From the sequence record NC_028950.1: a stretch of 64,000 bases of DNA; one strand, 5' to 3'. Made by a program: the position numbers and the translations under genes. Below the pieces are notes generated by a model that did no database searches, was not told the DNA's origin, and saw nothing but the letters and a program-made list of their open reading frames with translations. Positions 1 to 8,265 of the stretch are shown piece by piece. Each line of letters begins with the position of its first letter. Within the stretch, counting starts at the first letter, position 1.

Positions 1-229
1 CATTGAGTTGTTCCAGCACATCGAGAAGCACAATGGTCATTCGTATCTGACGCTGCATCGCGGCAAGCATCGCGGCGCACCTGTGCTGGCAGAAGAACTG
101 AAGTATCTCGTCTATCAATTCTACGACATCGGTGGCATTCCTCCTGACTTTGGTGGAGAGCGTTCTGGTCTTCGTAAGGTTGGTGGCAAGCGTGCTTCGG
201 AAGCTGAAACCGATTTCGATTGGCTTTAA
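1..229 (+). CDS. C-terminal end of probable DnaB-like replicative helicase (phiKZ gp118-like), truncated by window edge
   Basis: HIEKHNGHSYLTLHRGKHR resembles my recollection of phiKZ-like DnaB C-termini; position and opposite orientation relative to the gp77-101 block fit phiKZ synteny. Confidence 0.55.
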   Translation, partial: IELFQHIEKHNGHSYLTLHRGKHRGAPVLAEELKYLVYQFYDIGGIPPDFGGERSGLRKVGGKRASEAETDFDWL

Positions 230-247
230 AGCAAAAAAAATAAGAGT

Positions 248-271
248 CCCTACTCCCTTGCGGGAGTAGGG
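248..271. terminator. Bidirectional hairpin terminator
   Basis: CCCTACTCCC-TTGC-GGGAGTAGGG between convergent genes; A-run on the left (U-tract on minus strand), TATG at 283-286 on plus. Confidence 0.8.
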
Positions 272-291
272 TGCTCTGACTTTATGCCGTC

Positions 292-636
292 TTAGACATT
301 CGGCAATTTGACTGCTTTCACCGAGCCATGATCGAACAGAAAGTAATGCTTTTCACGAACGAGCTTGTAGAAGTCGTCAGTCAGCGTATAAGTCTTGTCG
401 GCTTTCAACTCAATGATGTCGTTCGCGATCAGCCAGTCCAACCAGATATCAACCACGATCGGATCGAGATCACGTTCCCGGTATTCAGCCACCAAGCTTT
501 CCATCGTTGCTGGTTTCGTGAAAATGATGTACCGGATCAGACGGAGCTTGTGATCTTCGGGTTTCAACTCACGGCCGTAACGAATACAGTCTTCGGCCAA
601 CTCGACGATTGTCGGGTGCTCTTTATTCAGAGACAT
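292..636 (-). CDS. Winged-helix-like protein (array member 6)
   Basis: LIANDIIELKADKTYTLTDDFYKLV helix-wing pattern. Confidence 0.6.
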   Translation of the reverse strand: MSLNKEHPTIVELAEDCIRYGRELKPEDHKLRLIRYIIFTKPATMESLVAEYRERDLDPIVVDIWLDWLIANDIIELKADKTYTLTDDFYKLVREKHYFLFDHGSVKAVKLPNV

Positions 637-1024
637 TGTTCACCTGTGCGGAAGCAGAGGTTGCGGGCTCGACAGGTTGGAGATACTCGCCGATGAGTTC
701 CATCATGCTGTCTGTCAGCACGTATCCCTTCTTGGTCGGATGGGCTACGCCGTCCACGTGCAGATCCACCAACAGATTGCTGATGTTCATCTGCGGCATG
801 AAGACGTTCGCTTCACGCAGCTTCTTGAGCAGCAGGTTTTCGTTGATGGGTTTGTTTTCGCCGAGATACAGCGTACGGACGATGAAGCCGGAAGCCGTGA
901 TGTTCGCGTGACCACCATAACCTTCGATGGTCTTCGTCTCGACGGATTCCTTGCTACGAAAGCATGATGCCGCCATGGACTGGATCCGACGGAAGCCCTT
1001 GGCGTTTCGATCGATTTTTAGCAT
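623..1024 (-). CDS. Winged-helix-like protein (array member 5)
   Basis: LHVDGVAHPTKKGYVLTDSMMELI; start chosen at MLKID after TTAAAA, uncertain because it overlaps the upstream gene. Confidence 0.55.
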   Translation of the reverse strand: MLKIDRNAKGFRRIQSMAASCFRSKESVETKTIEGYGGHANITASGFIVRTLYLGENKPINENLLLKKLREANVFMPQMNISNLLVDLHVDGVAHPTKKGYVLTDSMMELIGEYLQPVEPATSASAQVNNVSE

Positions 1025-1352
1025 TTTTAATTGCCACCTCAAAAATAAGTTCTTTCATGTCAGATGTAAGTCTGAGCATGTTTCTCGGAAGAGACTGCAC
1101 CACACCATGTTCTGCTAGAAACCGAGCTACTTTCTTTACATTGTAGTCGGTTGCACTGAAATACTTTTCATGCCTCAGATCGGCAGCAATCTGAATGTAA
1201 CTATGCGGTACGTCGGACGAGAGAACCAGTTTCCTTATTACCAGGACACAGAGTCGGTCCTGAAAGCCTTCTACCATTGTTGCTTGTTGAGCCAAGTCGC
1301 GCATCTGCGCGTCTGCCTTATTCAGCTTAGGTTGTTCTTTCAGGGCCGACAT
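954..1352 (-). CDS. Winged-helix-like protein (array member 4)
   Basis: LAEHGVVQSLPRNMLRLTSDMKELI; GGAGAGG RBS before MSALKE. Confidence 0.6.
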   Translation of the reverse strand: MSALKEQPKLNKADAQMRDLAQQATMVEGFQDRLCVLVIRKLVLSSDVPHSYIQIAADLRHEKYFSATDYNVKKVARFLAEHGVVQSLPRNMLRLTSDMKELIFEVAIKNAKNRSKRQGLPSDPVHGGIMLS

Positions 1353-1360
1353 GGCCTCTC

Positions 1361-1690
1361 CTAATGTTTGGTCATCGTCTGGCTCAAAATCAGATCGATG
1401 ATGGACGTCATCTCCGGATGGAGCCGATACGACACGTTCGGAAACGACGTCTTGGTTGCGAGGATTCCCTTCTGCAACAGATCCGTACATGCGTCACGCA
1501 ACATGTCGGTCGTATGAATGCTGTCACATCCATAGATGCCGAACGCCATGTCTTGCAACGACTTGGGTTCGCCATTCTTGTCCTTCAGGTAAAACACTAC
1601 CTTGTGCTGAGTATCCCAGCTGTCTTGCGGCTTTGCTGCGATGATGACGACTTCTGCCATCTGGCGACGCCACATTTGTTGTGCTGTCAT
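1361..1690 (-). CDS. Winged-helix-like protein (array member 3)
   Basis: LLQKGILATKTSFPNVSYRLHPEMTSII. Confidence 0.6.
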   Translation of the reverse strand: MTAQQMWRRQMAEVVIIAAKPQDSWDTQHKVVFYLKDKNGEPKSLQDMAFGIYGCDSIHTTDMLRDACTDLLQKGILATKTSFPNVSYRLHPEMTSIIDLILSQTMTKH

Positions 1691-1699
1691 TTTGTCCTC

Positions 1700-2266
1700 T
1701 TATTCAAAAGCTTTCTGTTGTTTGAGGGTTTCGTAGAGATCGAGCGCTTCCTTCTTGGAGAGCTTGATCACGCCGACGTAGATATATTCGAGATGCTTCT
1801 GCGTCTCGAACAACCACAAAACATTCTTGTAAAAACCATGCAACTCGGCGAGAGTCACATCCATGCCCTTGATCTGGATACTGACTTTGATCAGATCGTG
1901 TTTCTTGTCTGCCAGAGCCTGACGAGCGGTCTTGCCTTGTTTCTCCGATACCAGGCTCACGAAGTCCAGAGACGGCTGATAGTAGATCCTCGTCTTGAAC
2001 ATCGTTTCGTATTCCGGTGTGTACACACGGATGATGTTCGCCTGTTCGAGATCGGACAAAGCCATATCGACTTCCGATTCCGAGAACAGAAGGCTGCCGA
2101 GGTTCTTGTAGAAGTCCGTTTTCACATGACCTTGTGGTTCGTTGCTCGGCGTCATGAGAAATTGAACGACAGCTTCTTCAACCGACAGATTGCGTTCGTA
2201 TTTCACCGGTGCGCATGCAGCAGCAACCAGCTTCGCGATGACTTCATTGTTTTTATCGAGAATCAT
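1700..2266 (-). CDS. Winged-helix-like protein with C-terminal extension (array member 2)
   Basis: VDMALSDLEQANIIRV...YYQPSLDFVSLV; GGAG RBS. Confidence 0.55.
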   Translation of the reverse strand: MILDKNNEVIAKLVAAACAPVKYERNLSVEEAVVQFLMTPSNEPQGHVKTDFYKNLGSLLFSESEVDMALSDLEQANIIRVYTPEYETMFKTRIYYQPSLDFVSLVSEKQGKTARQALADKKHDLIKVSIQIKGMDVTLAELHGFYKNVLWLFETQKHLEYIYVGVIKLSKKEALDLYETLKQQKAFE

Positions 2267-2316
2267 TTTTAGCTCCGTGAAAGGAATTGTAAAGTTTACA
2301 ACAGGAATTCACGTGA

Positions 2317-2324
2317 GTTATATA
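2317..2324 (-). promoter_or_regulatory. Putative early (virion RNAP) promoter core TATATAAC
   Basis: One mismatch to the phiKZ early consensus TATATTAC; intergenic, after a terminator, with upstream TTTC. Confidence 0.6.
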
Positions 2325-2346
2325 TGTCTGAAATAAAATGCATACA

Positions 2347-2376
2347 CATACACACTGGCGCAAGCCAGTGTGTATG
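2347..2376 (-). terminator. Hairpin terminator
   Basis: 13-bp perfect stem CATACACACTGGC/GCCAGTGTGTATG with 4-nt loop. Confidence 0.8.
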
Positions 2377-2385
2377 ATGGGCGCT

Positions 2386-2706
2386 TTATGCGGCGATTTT
2401 AAAATTGCAAATACGGTCGATCTCCAGCCTCGTCCGCAAACGCAGACGCGACTCCTTATGCAGTCGAACGTGATTGATGGAGAAGATACGACGTGAAACC
2501 AAGTATCCTTCCGGCGTCACAAAACGACTCTTCAAGTAACCCCGTTTTTCGAGCAGTTCCATCTTTTCCATCAGTCCGTCAGCAGACAACTTGCCTTCTG
2601 CATCACGAACGATGTCCGATGAAGTCTTCTCGACCCCGTATGGTGTCATGAGGAGATCGAGAATGATCTCTTCTTGCACCGTTAATTGTTGTTGGTCCAG
2701 TTCCAT
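2386..2706 (-). CDS. Winged-helix-like protein, PadR/MarR-like (array member 1)
   Basis: IILDLLMT...LLEKRGYLKSRFV...RRIFSI. Confidence 0.65.
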   Translation of the reverse strand: MELDQQQLTVQEEIILDLLMTPYGVEKTSSDIVRDAEGKLSADGLMEKMELLEKRGYLKSRFVTPEGYLVSRRIFSINHVRLHKESRLRLRTRLEIDRICNFKIAA

Positions 2707-2735
2707 TTTCTAAGGTCTCGTAGATGTTCTTGTTG

Positions 2736-2912
2736 TTAGACCCGTGCGGTGTTGTTCATCGACTTCTGGCCACCATGCCTGTTGCGGCTCGTGAGACCAC
2801 TGGGATGAACTTCCGATTTCTCGGTTTGTTTGATGTCCTGCGCAACTGCAGGGCTGATCGGGGATTCAGTTTTGAAACTGCCCCATTTGGTGGTGCCGTT
2901 ACCTGGTGACAT
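2736..2912 (-). CDS. Small hypothetical protein, 58 aa, absent from the ORF track
   Basis: Translated by hand: MSPGNGTTKWGSFKTESP...NNTARV*; fills a 300-bp gap on the dominant strand. Confidence 0.5.
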   Translation of the reverse strand: MSPGNGTTKWGSFKTESPISPAVAQDIKQTEKSEVHPSGLTSRNRHGGQKSMNNTARV

Positions 2913-3002
2913 TTTTATTACCCGTCCTTGTGAAAAACCACAGGATCAGCGAAAAAAAAATGTAGTCCGCCCCGTTAAGAGCGGACCCTCCATTAGCGCG
3001 AT

Positions 3003-3170
3003 TTAGCTGCGCTTCTTAGCTGCCCGAGACTTGCTGATGTGGGCTTCTATTTTTTTGTCTTCTTCCATCAGTTTACGAGCCTGTTCCTGAGTCATGTGAT
3101 GCCGTTTCGCAATATCTTCATTGTGAGCGGCAGCCTGAAACAACTTTCTCTGACTTGGGGTATACGGCAT
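3003..3170 (-). CDS. Small basic protein (55 aa)
   Basis: MPYTPSQRKLFQAAAHNEDIAKRH; basic C-terminal tail. Confidence 0.65.
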   Translation of the reverse strand: MPYTPSQRKLFQAAAHNEDIAKRHHMTQEQARKLMEEDKKIEAHISKSRAAKKRS

Positions 3171-3256
3171 TTTCAAACTCCTCAATGGAAAAAATGCGAC
3201 CGAACCCCGAAGGATCCGATCGCCCAACTTACCGGGCTGAGGCTCCCGGTAATCCT

Positions 3257-4399
3257 TTACTGCTGTTCACCATCAGGACCAGGATAGTCGATCGACGATT
3301 TCATGCCGTTGTTGCTTTGGCCAGCCGCTTCGTATTGCTCCTTCGTGACTTGCTCACGGCCGATAAAGTACGCAGGTTCATCCGGCATGGTAACGCCCGG
3401 GAAAGTATCCCAGAGACGCGAAATAAGAACACGCTTGATCGACTCGAACTGCGCAGCGCGTTGCTCTTCCGAACCTTCCAGATGAAACATGTTCATCGAC
3501 AGGAAACTTTCAACAGCTTGCCGGACCAGCAAAAGCTGCTTGTGGTCCGGTTCCGGCTGCAGCTTCACGCCTTTATGCCCGGATGTTTGCGATACATCGT
3601 CGATCTTCAGGAAATGCTTGTCGCCGACGTGGACGATTTCACCATCCTTGAATTCGACGAAACGCTCAGCTACCTGACTGGGAACGAGATTCTTCTCGAC
3701 GATCTTGATCGTGCCGCCGATGCAGAGTTCTTGCAGTTCCGTTTCCCACGTACGATCCTGACGCCATTCTTCATACGCCTGTTCATTCCAGGTCACGGGG
3801 ATACCGAGCGACTTGAGCTTCTCACAGAGAATGCCGGCAAGAGCCGACTTACCCCTGCCCGTACGACCTTCGATCGTCACGCGGATATCGCCGCCATTCA
3901 GATAGTCGGTCGACATACCCGAATATCCCAGCACAGCGAGCGTCCATGCAACTGCGCCGTCCCACATGACCTTCGCATTGCGCGTGTCGTAATGACCATA
4001 CTTCCCGGCGTAGTTCTTGTCCGGATGATCGAGATCGTAGCGCTGCGTGTCCTTGATGAAGTCCTGTTTGCGGGCGAACGACTCGAATGCCTTGGTGTCG
4101 TCTACGATGACTGTCGGACCCATATGAACAAGACCGACTTGCCAGCCATACGGTTCGACCTTCACGCCGAACTCTTTACAGAGCTCACGCGCCACGACGA
4201 CAGCTGCTGCTTCGGTCACGAAGTCACGACGGTGAATCGCCATGCCGTTTTCATGGCGTGCGTATACGCCATAGCCTTCGGTATCCTGATCGGCACCGTC
4301 GGGTTGAATCTCGATGGAACCTTCCGGCGAACCATCTGCTACCGGCTTCCACGGTGCGATTTGAATTGCGATAACTTTGCCCAGATCTTTGTTCGACAT
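3257..4399 (-). CDS. Mosaic hypothetical protein with an internal P-loop
   Basis: VTIEGRTGRGKSALAGIL Walker A-like motif. Confidence 0.65.
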   Translation of the reverse strand: MSNKDLGKVIAIQIAPWKPVADGSPEGSIEIQPDGADQDTEGYGVYARHENGMAIHRRDFVTEAAAVVVARELCKEFGVKVEPYGWQVGLVHMGPTVIVDDTKAFESFARKQDFIKDTQRYDLDHPDKNYAGKYGHYDTRNAKVMWDGAVAWTLAVLGYSGMSTDYLNGGDIRVTIEGRTGRGKSALAGILCEKLKSLGIPVTWNEQAYEEWRQDRTWETELQELCIGGTIKIVEKNLVPSQVAERFVEFKDGEIVHVGDKHFLKIDDVSQTSGHKGVKLQPEPDHKQLLLVRQAVESFLSMNMFHLEGSEEQRAAQFESIKRVLISRLWDTFPGVTMPDEPAYFIGREQVTKEQYEAAGQSNNGMKSSIDYPGPDGEQQ

Positions 4400-4427
4400 T
4401 TTGCTACCTTTTAAAAAGAGATTGGTG

Positions 4428-4718
4428 TTACTTCGCCAGGAGGCGAGTCAGATCGACTTCGACGTAATACCAACTTGCTCCTGCATAATCCGGAGCATCT
4501 TGCAGGTCTTCAATGCTACCGCAAGCAAATACGATATCTTCCCCTGTTTCAAGAAGCGTTTCGACATGACCTTCGATTGCTTCTTTCGTGTTCTCAAATG
4601 CTTCTTCGATCGTAGTACCCCACGAATGACATCCTGGAAGATTCGGAACAATCACGCCATAATCACTACCTTCGTCTTTGTGAATAGCGATGGGGAATTT
4701 ATAAACATACTGGCTCAT
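4428..4718 (-). CDS. hicB: HicB-family antitoxin (no HicA neighbour)
   Basis: IAIHKDEGSDYGVIVPNLPGCHSWGTTIEEAFENTKEAIEGHVETLLETGEDI, typical HicB/UPF0150 fold. Confidence 0.85.
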   Translation of the reverse strand: MSQYVYKFPIAIHKDEGSDYGVIVPNLPGCHSWGTTIEEAFENTKEAIEGHVETLLETGEDIVFACGSIEDLQDAPDYAGASWYYVEVDLTRLLAK

Positions 4719-4742
4719 TTTTCCTCCAACAAACATAGACAA

Positions 4743-4768
4743 GGATAGATGCCCGAAGGCATCTATCC
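4743..4768 (-). terminator. Hairpin terminator (UUCG loop on minus strand)
   Basis: GGATAGATGCC/GGCATCTATCC 11-bp stem. Confidence 0.75.
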
Positions 4769-4786
4769 GGTCATGGCGTTGCGACG

Positions 4787-6016
4787 TTAGTCGTTGGATT
4801 GCGGCTTGGTACGCGGCAGGCGCTTGACTGCCGGCTTCTTGACGATAGCTTTCTTGTACGGCACCGAAACTTTCGACGGCTTCTTCGCCGTAGTAGCAGT
4901 TGCGCCGCCTTCACCCAGGAGCGTCACCTTGAAGCCGAACTTCTCGGCGAAGGCTGCTGCTTGCTTCTGGGTAAGCTTCGACGTCATCGTCGGGTTCTTC
5001 AGGCCGACACCAGCCGCCATGCGGATTACCAGCGCATGTTCGATGACACCCATGCTGCGAACGAGTTGTTCGAGCTTGATCGACTTCGGAATGTCGATGG
5101 TCGGTTGCTTCTTGTTGATGCCTGCCAGACGACTGATTGCCTTCTGCAGTTCCGAGCCTTCCGGAATGGGAGTCTTCGTACCCAGCACCAGCTTCGACGG
5201 ATCGAGCGAAACGCTTGCAGCTGCACCCGACGAATGTGCAACCGGAGTATCGGCGAGCGTTGCCATCGGACCTGACATGATCGCCATACCGCCACCAGAA
5301 GACATCGACAGGTCGACACTAGCTTCGCTCTGTCCGCGTTCTGCGAAGCCCGCCTGAGCCGTTTTAAGGCCCTCTGCGAACGTTCCTTGCTGGCCTTCCG
5401 ACAGGATCTTCGTATCCTTGAAGATCACGACGACGACACGGCCGATCGGACCGACTTCCATGTACTGCACGCGGTCCACCAAATCCGGATTTGCGTTGAA
5501 CGTGCCTTCATGGACGCGGATGATTTCGCGTTGCTTCGTGTCGTAGCCGACCCACACAGTGCTGCTTGCTGCCTTGTGCAGGCCGTCGGTCTGCGAAGCC
5601 TTCGGATCCGGATCACGCACGGTGATGTCGTGTTCGACGACCAGACGACGCTTCCAGTACGAGATGTGAACTTCCACCGGCGTATTGCTGCCGTTTTCCG
5701 GTTCTTGCTGAACCGTACGCACGGTCGGCGGGAACGTCTCGTTGACCATGTGGCCATTGATGAATTCAAACATCATGGCGTAATGCTGCTCTTGCGCCGA
5801 GCGAGCCTGGCCATGGAAGACCGGCGGTTCGTTCGTGTTGAAGCCGATCGTGTACTGCAGATACGGAAGAGCCTGGCCTTCTTCGTGGCCGATGGTGGTC
5901 GTGAGCTTCAGGTTCTGGCGAAGACACGCGAGCGACAGCTGTTGCTGCATCGACAGGATGGTGGCGATTTGTGCAGCGAGTTCCGGATTGGAAATGTTTT
6001 TGTTCAGGCTTTTCAA
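4787..6016 (-). CDS. Hypothetical protein with C-terminal IF2_N-like domain and Lys-rich tail
   Basis: IDIPKSIKLEQLVRSMGV...TMTSKLTQKQAAAFAEKFGFKV aligns by eye with the IF2 N-domain. Confidence 0.6.
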   Translation of the reverse strand: MKSLNKNISNPELAAQIATILSMQQQLSLACLRQNLKLTTTIGHEEGQALPYLQYTIGFNTNEPPVFHGQARSAQEQHYAMMFEFINGHMVNETFPPTVRTVQQEPENGSNTPVEVHISYWKRRLVVEHDITVRDPDPKASQTDGLHKAASSTVWVGYDTKQREIIRVHEGTFNANPDLVDRVQYMEVGPIGRVVVVIFKDTKILSEGQQGTFAEGLKTAQAGFAERGQSEASVDLSMSSGGGMAIMSGPMATLADTPVAHSSGAAASVSLDPSKLVLGTKTPIPEGSELQKAISRLAGINKKQPTIDIPKSIKLEQLVRSMGVIEHALVIRMAAGVGLKNPTMTSKLTQKQAAAFAEKFGFKVTLLGEGGATATTAKKPSKVSVPYKKAIVKKPAVKRLPRTKPQSND

Positions 6017-6026
6017 AGCATGCTCC

Positions 6027-6374
6027 TCAGTTTTGGTAATTCAGATCAGACAAGCGAACGTATTGTTCTTGAAACTGTTCGTCCGTCAGGATCTGAGTGG
6101 TGTCATCGATCGAGACAATCCAATCGCCTTTCTTGCAGACCGTGAGGCTGCCATCGACTGAACCAGCGAGATCGAAATGAAGTTCGGCGTTGGGAACGCC
6201 GATCATCGATGTAAGTTTGCGGCGTGCGAGATGTTTGCAAAAGAGGTAGGGGATCTCATCCGCGTAGCCACGGTAACGGAAGGCGTACACCTTCTGAACC
6301 GTCTTGGGGACGAAAGCATATTTCAGCATTTCGTCCTCTTCTTTCGTTGTCAAACGTCTTTCTTGAGACATCAT
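6027..6374 (-). CDS. Phage hypothetical protein, PGDYG-like family
   Basis: KVYAFRY...LTVCKKGDWIV...ILTDEQFQEQYV. Confidence 0.6.
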   Translation of the reverse strand: MMSQERRLTTKEEDEMLKYAFVPKTVQKVYAFRYRGYADEIPYLFCKHLARRKLTSMIGVPNAELHFDLAGSVDGSLTVCKKGDWIVSIDDTTQILTDEQFQEQYVRLSDLNYQN

Positions 6375-6604
6375 TCTCCCTTCAAGGGCGGAACGGTTTG
6401 ATATTTGGCCAGGTCGTGAACGTACGTCAGGATCTGGTCGTTGAGGCCGTGCAGGTAGTACATCAGAAAGACTGTACAGACCATCACGATTATGCCGACG
6501 GCGCTTACGCGCTTACGGTAGTAAAGCTCGTTGCCGAACAAGATGAGACTACTCAGCAACAAGAACCCGAGAGCGATGATGGCGAAGACTGCTAGCATTT
6601 TCAA
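6371..6604 (-). CDS. Small two-TM membrane protein
   Basis: Two hydrophobic stretches separated by YYRKR. Confidence 0.65.
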   Translation of the reverse strand: MKMLAVFAIIALGFLLLSSLILFGNELYYRKRVSAVGIIVMVCTVFLMYYLHGLNDQILTYVHDLAKYQTVPPLKGE

Positions 6605-6667
6605 CTTCCTTTCTAATAATCAACTAATCAGACCAGTCAATAGCTTTTTATCGGTATTCTCAAGTGG

Positions 6668-6675
6668 ATGATATA
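6668..6675 (-). promoter_or_regulatory. Putative early promoter core TATATCAT
   Basis: Intergenic, downstream of hairpin 6703-6722, T-run upstream; same variant at 18187. Confidence 0.5.
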
Positions 6676-6726
6676 TCTCCAAAAAAGTCTAAACCATACA
6701 CACAGGGAGCCGAAGCTCCCTGCATG

Positions 6727-7734
6727 TCAGAACAGATCTTCAGAGAACAACGGCGTGACACTAATCATGAAACCACGCTCATCCATATCACGTTCACGCC
6801 AGATTCCACCCATCTTGGGTTCTTCCTGGTGATAGAGCTTGGATGCACAACGCGTAAGCATCACGGATGTCGTTGGCGTATCGACGATCATTCGATTGTC
6901 GACTGCCATGAGCATTGCGCGATACCGTGTAACGAAATTGCCGTGATTCGTAAGAAAACCCTGGACTTCGTTTTTCTGCTGCCCGGCATACGCGTCATGG
7001 TATTCCTTGGACTGCAGAATGTGGTGATGACGATGCGGACGATCAACGTACCACACCACACCATCAACCCAATTCGCAGCCGCTACCGGATACTCGTTAT
7101 CGCGATCGATCGTGTCTTCCACGGCCTTGACGATCGGAGTACCGAAGTCTTTGAGCAGACGGAAGTTCGTCTGGCTGAAGATCGCATTACGCAACTTGTA
7201 GAGCCGCGTAATGTCTTCTTCTTCCTCGTCGTACTGAATGATGGTCATCTGCATGGATGGCTCGACGATGTGCGAACACATCGTACCTTCAGTCTTTTGC
7301 CACTTACGAGGACCCGTGATGGTCGCAATGATCGGCTTGTCGATCTTCCAGAACACGCAGATGTAAAGGATGTCGTAACCGAACAGATCGCTGTTGGTGA
7401 TGTCCGACCAGGGAGTACCATCCATCAGCACAAAGTCACGCCCTTTCTTCTCCGGATTCTTCTGCATGAATTCCTCAGCCACCATGATCGCTCGCATGCA
7501 AAGCGATTCGGTCGTTTGAGGATTCACGTCGTATACCGGCTGAGTCAAACCACCCAGTCGATACACGTACTTGCAGGACTTGGCAAAACGGTACAACAGA
7601 TCGTTGATCTTCGGACCAAGACCAATCGCACCGCTGGGATTCGCTCCCCAGTGTCCAGCAAACTGCGCTGGATAACGGAAGTTAGTCTTCTTGACCAGCC
7701 CGCTCAGGAGCTTTTCCGAGTTGTTTTGCGACAT
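6727..7734 (-). CDS. Hypothetical protein
   Basis: Long ORF; C-terminal HRHHHIL...EVQGFLTNHGNFVTRYRA resembles a common phage domain. Confidence 0.7.
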   Translation of the reverse strand: MSQNNSEKLLSGLVKKTNFRYPAQFAGHWGANPSGAIGLGPKINDLLYRFAKSCKYVYRLGGLTQPVYDVNPQTTESLCMRAIMVAEEFMQKNPEKKGRDFVLMDGTPWSDITNSDLFGYDILYICVFWKIDKPIIATITGPRKWQKTEGTMCSHIVEPSMQMTIIQYDEEEEDITRLYKLRNAIFSQTNFRLLKDFGTPIVKAVEDTIDRDNEYPVAAANWVDGVVWYVDRPHRHHHILQSKEYHDAYAGQQKNEVQGFLTNHGNFVTRYRAMLMAVDNRMIVDTPTTSVMLTRCASKLYHQEEPKMGGIWRERDMDERGFMISVTPLFSEDLF

Positions 7735-8194
7735 GAGGAGTATGCTCCCTGTTGAGCGCTTTGCACCAAGCGTGATATGCCTGCCGCGCTGCGGGGAAGG
7801 CAAACAAGCCACTGCGCACTGCTTTCGTTAAAGAAATACGGCCTTTCATCGCCACTTCGAAATCGGCGAGGTTCTGGGCCTCATTGGGATTGTAAGGGAT
7901 CAGTCCCAGACGAATCACCATGTCATGAACGAAGTCCACGAATTCCGGGTCAGGCCAACCCGTTTCGCGTGCGACGTCCATAAGAAGATCTTGCCGCCAC
8001 TTCCAGCCCATCAGGTAGGCCATGGCGTAATAGTTCTCGACTTTCGGATGCTCGTCGTCTTCTTCGACGACTGCTCCACCATTGAAGCGGACCGCCGCAC
8101 CACAGAGGTTCGCAAACTCATGGAGGAAGCGTTGTTTGACTTCTTCCGACAACGGCGGATTGAAGGTATTGACCTTGGCTTCTTTGTAGAACAC
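7682..8194 (-). CDS. Hypothetical protein
   Basis: ORF on dominant strand, GGAG-like RBS. Confidence 0.6.
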   Translation of the reverse strand: MFYKEAKVNTFNPPLSEEVKQRFLHEFANLCGAAVRFNGGAVVEEDDEHPKVENYYAMAYLMGWKWRQDLLMDVARETGWPDPEFVDFVHDMVIRLGLIPYNPNEAQNLADFEVAMKGRISLTKAVRSGLFAFPAARQAYHAWCKALNREHTPHVAKQLGKAPERAGQED

Positions 8195-8223
8195 GTCTCG
8201 CTCCGTAAATGAAGCAAAAAAAA

Positions 8224-8248
8224 TGGTGAGAGGATTTCCCTCTCACCA
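8224..8248 (-). terminator. Rho-independent terminator
   Basis: 10-bp stem followed by a U8 tract on the minus strand. Confidence 0.8.
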
Positions 8249-8265
8249 CTACTGCGCGCGGCCGG

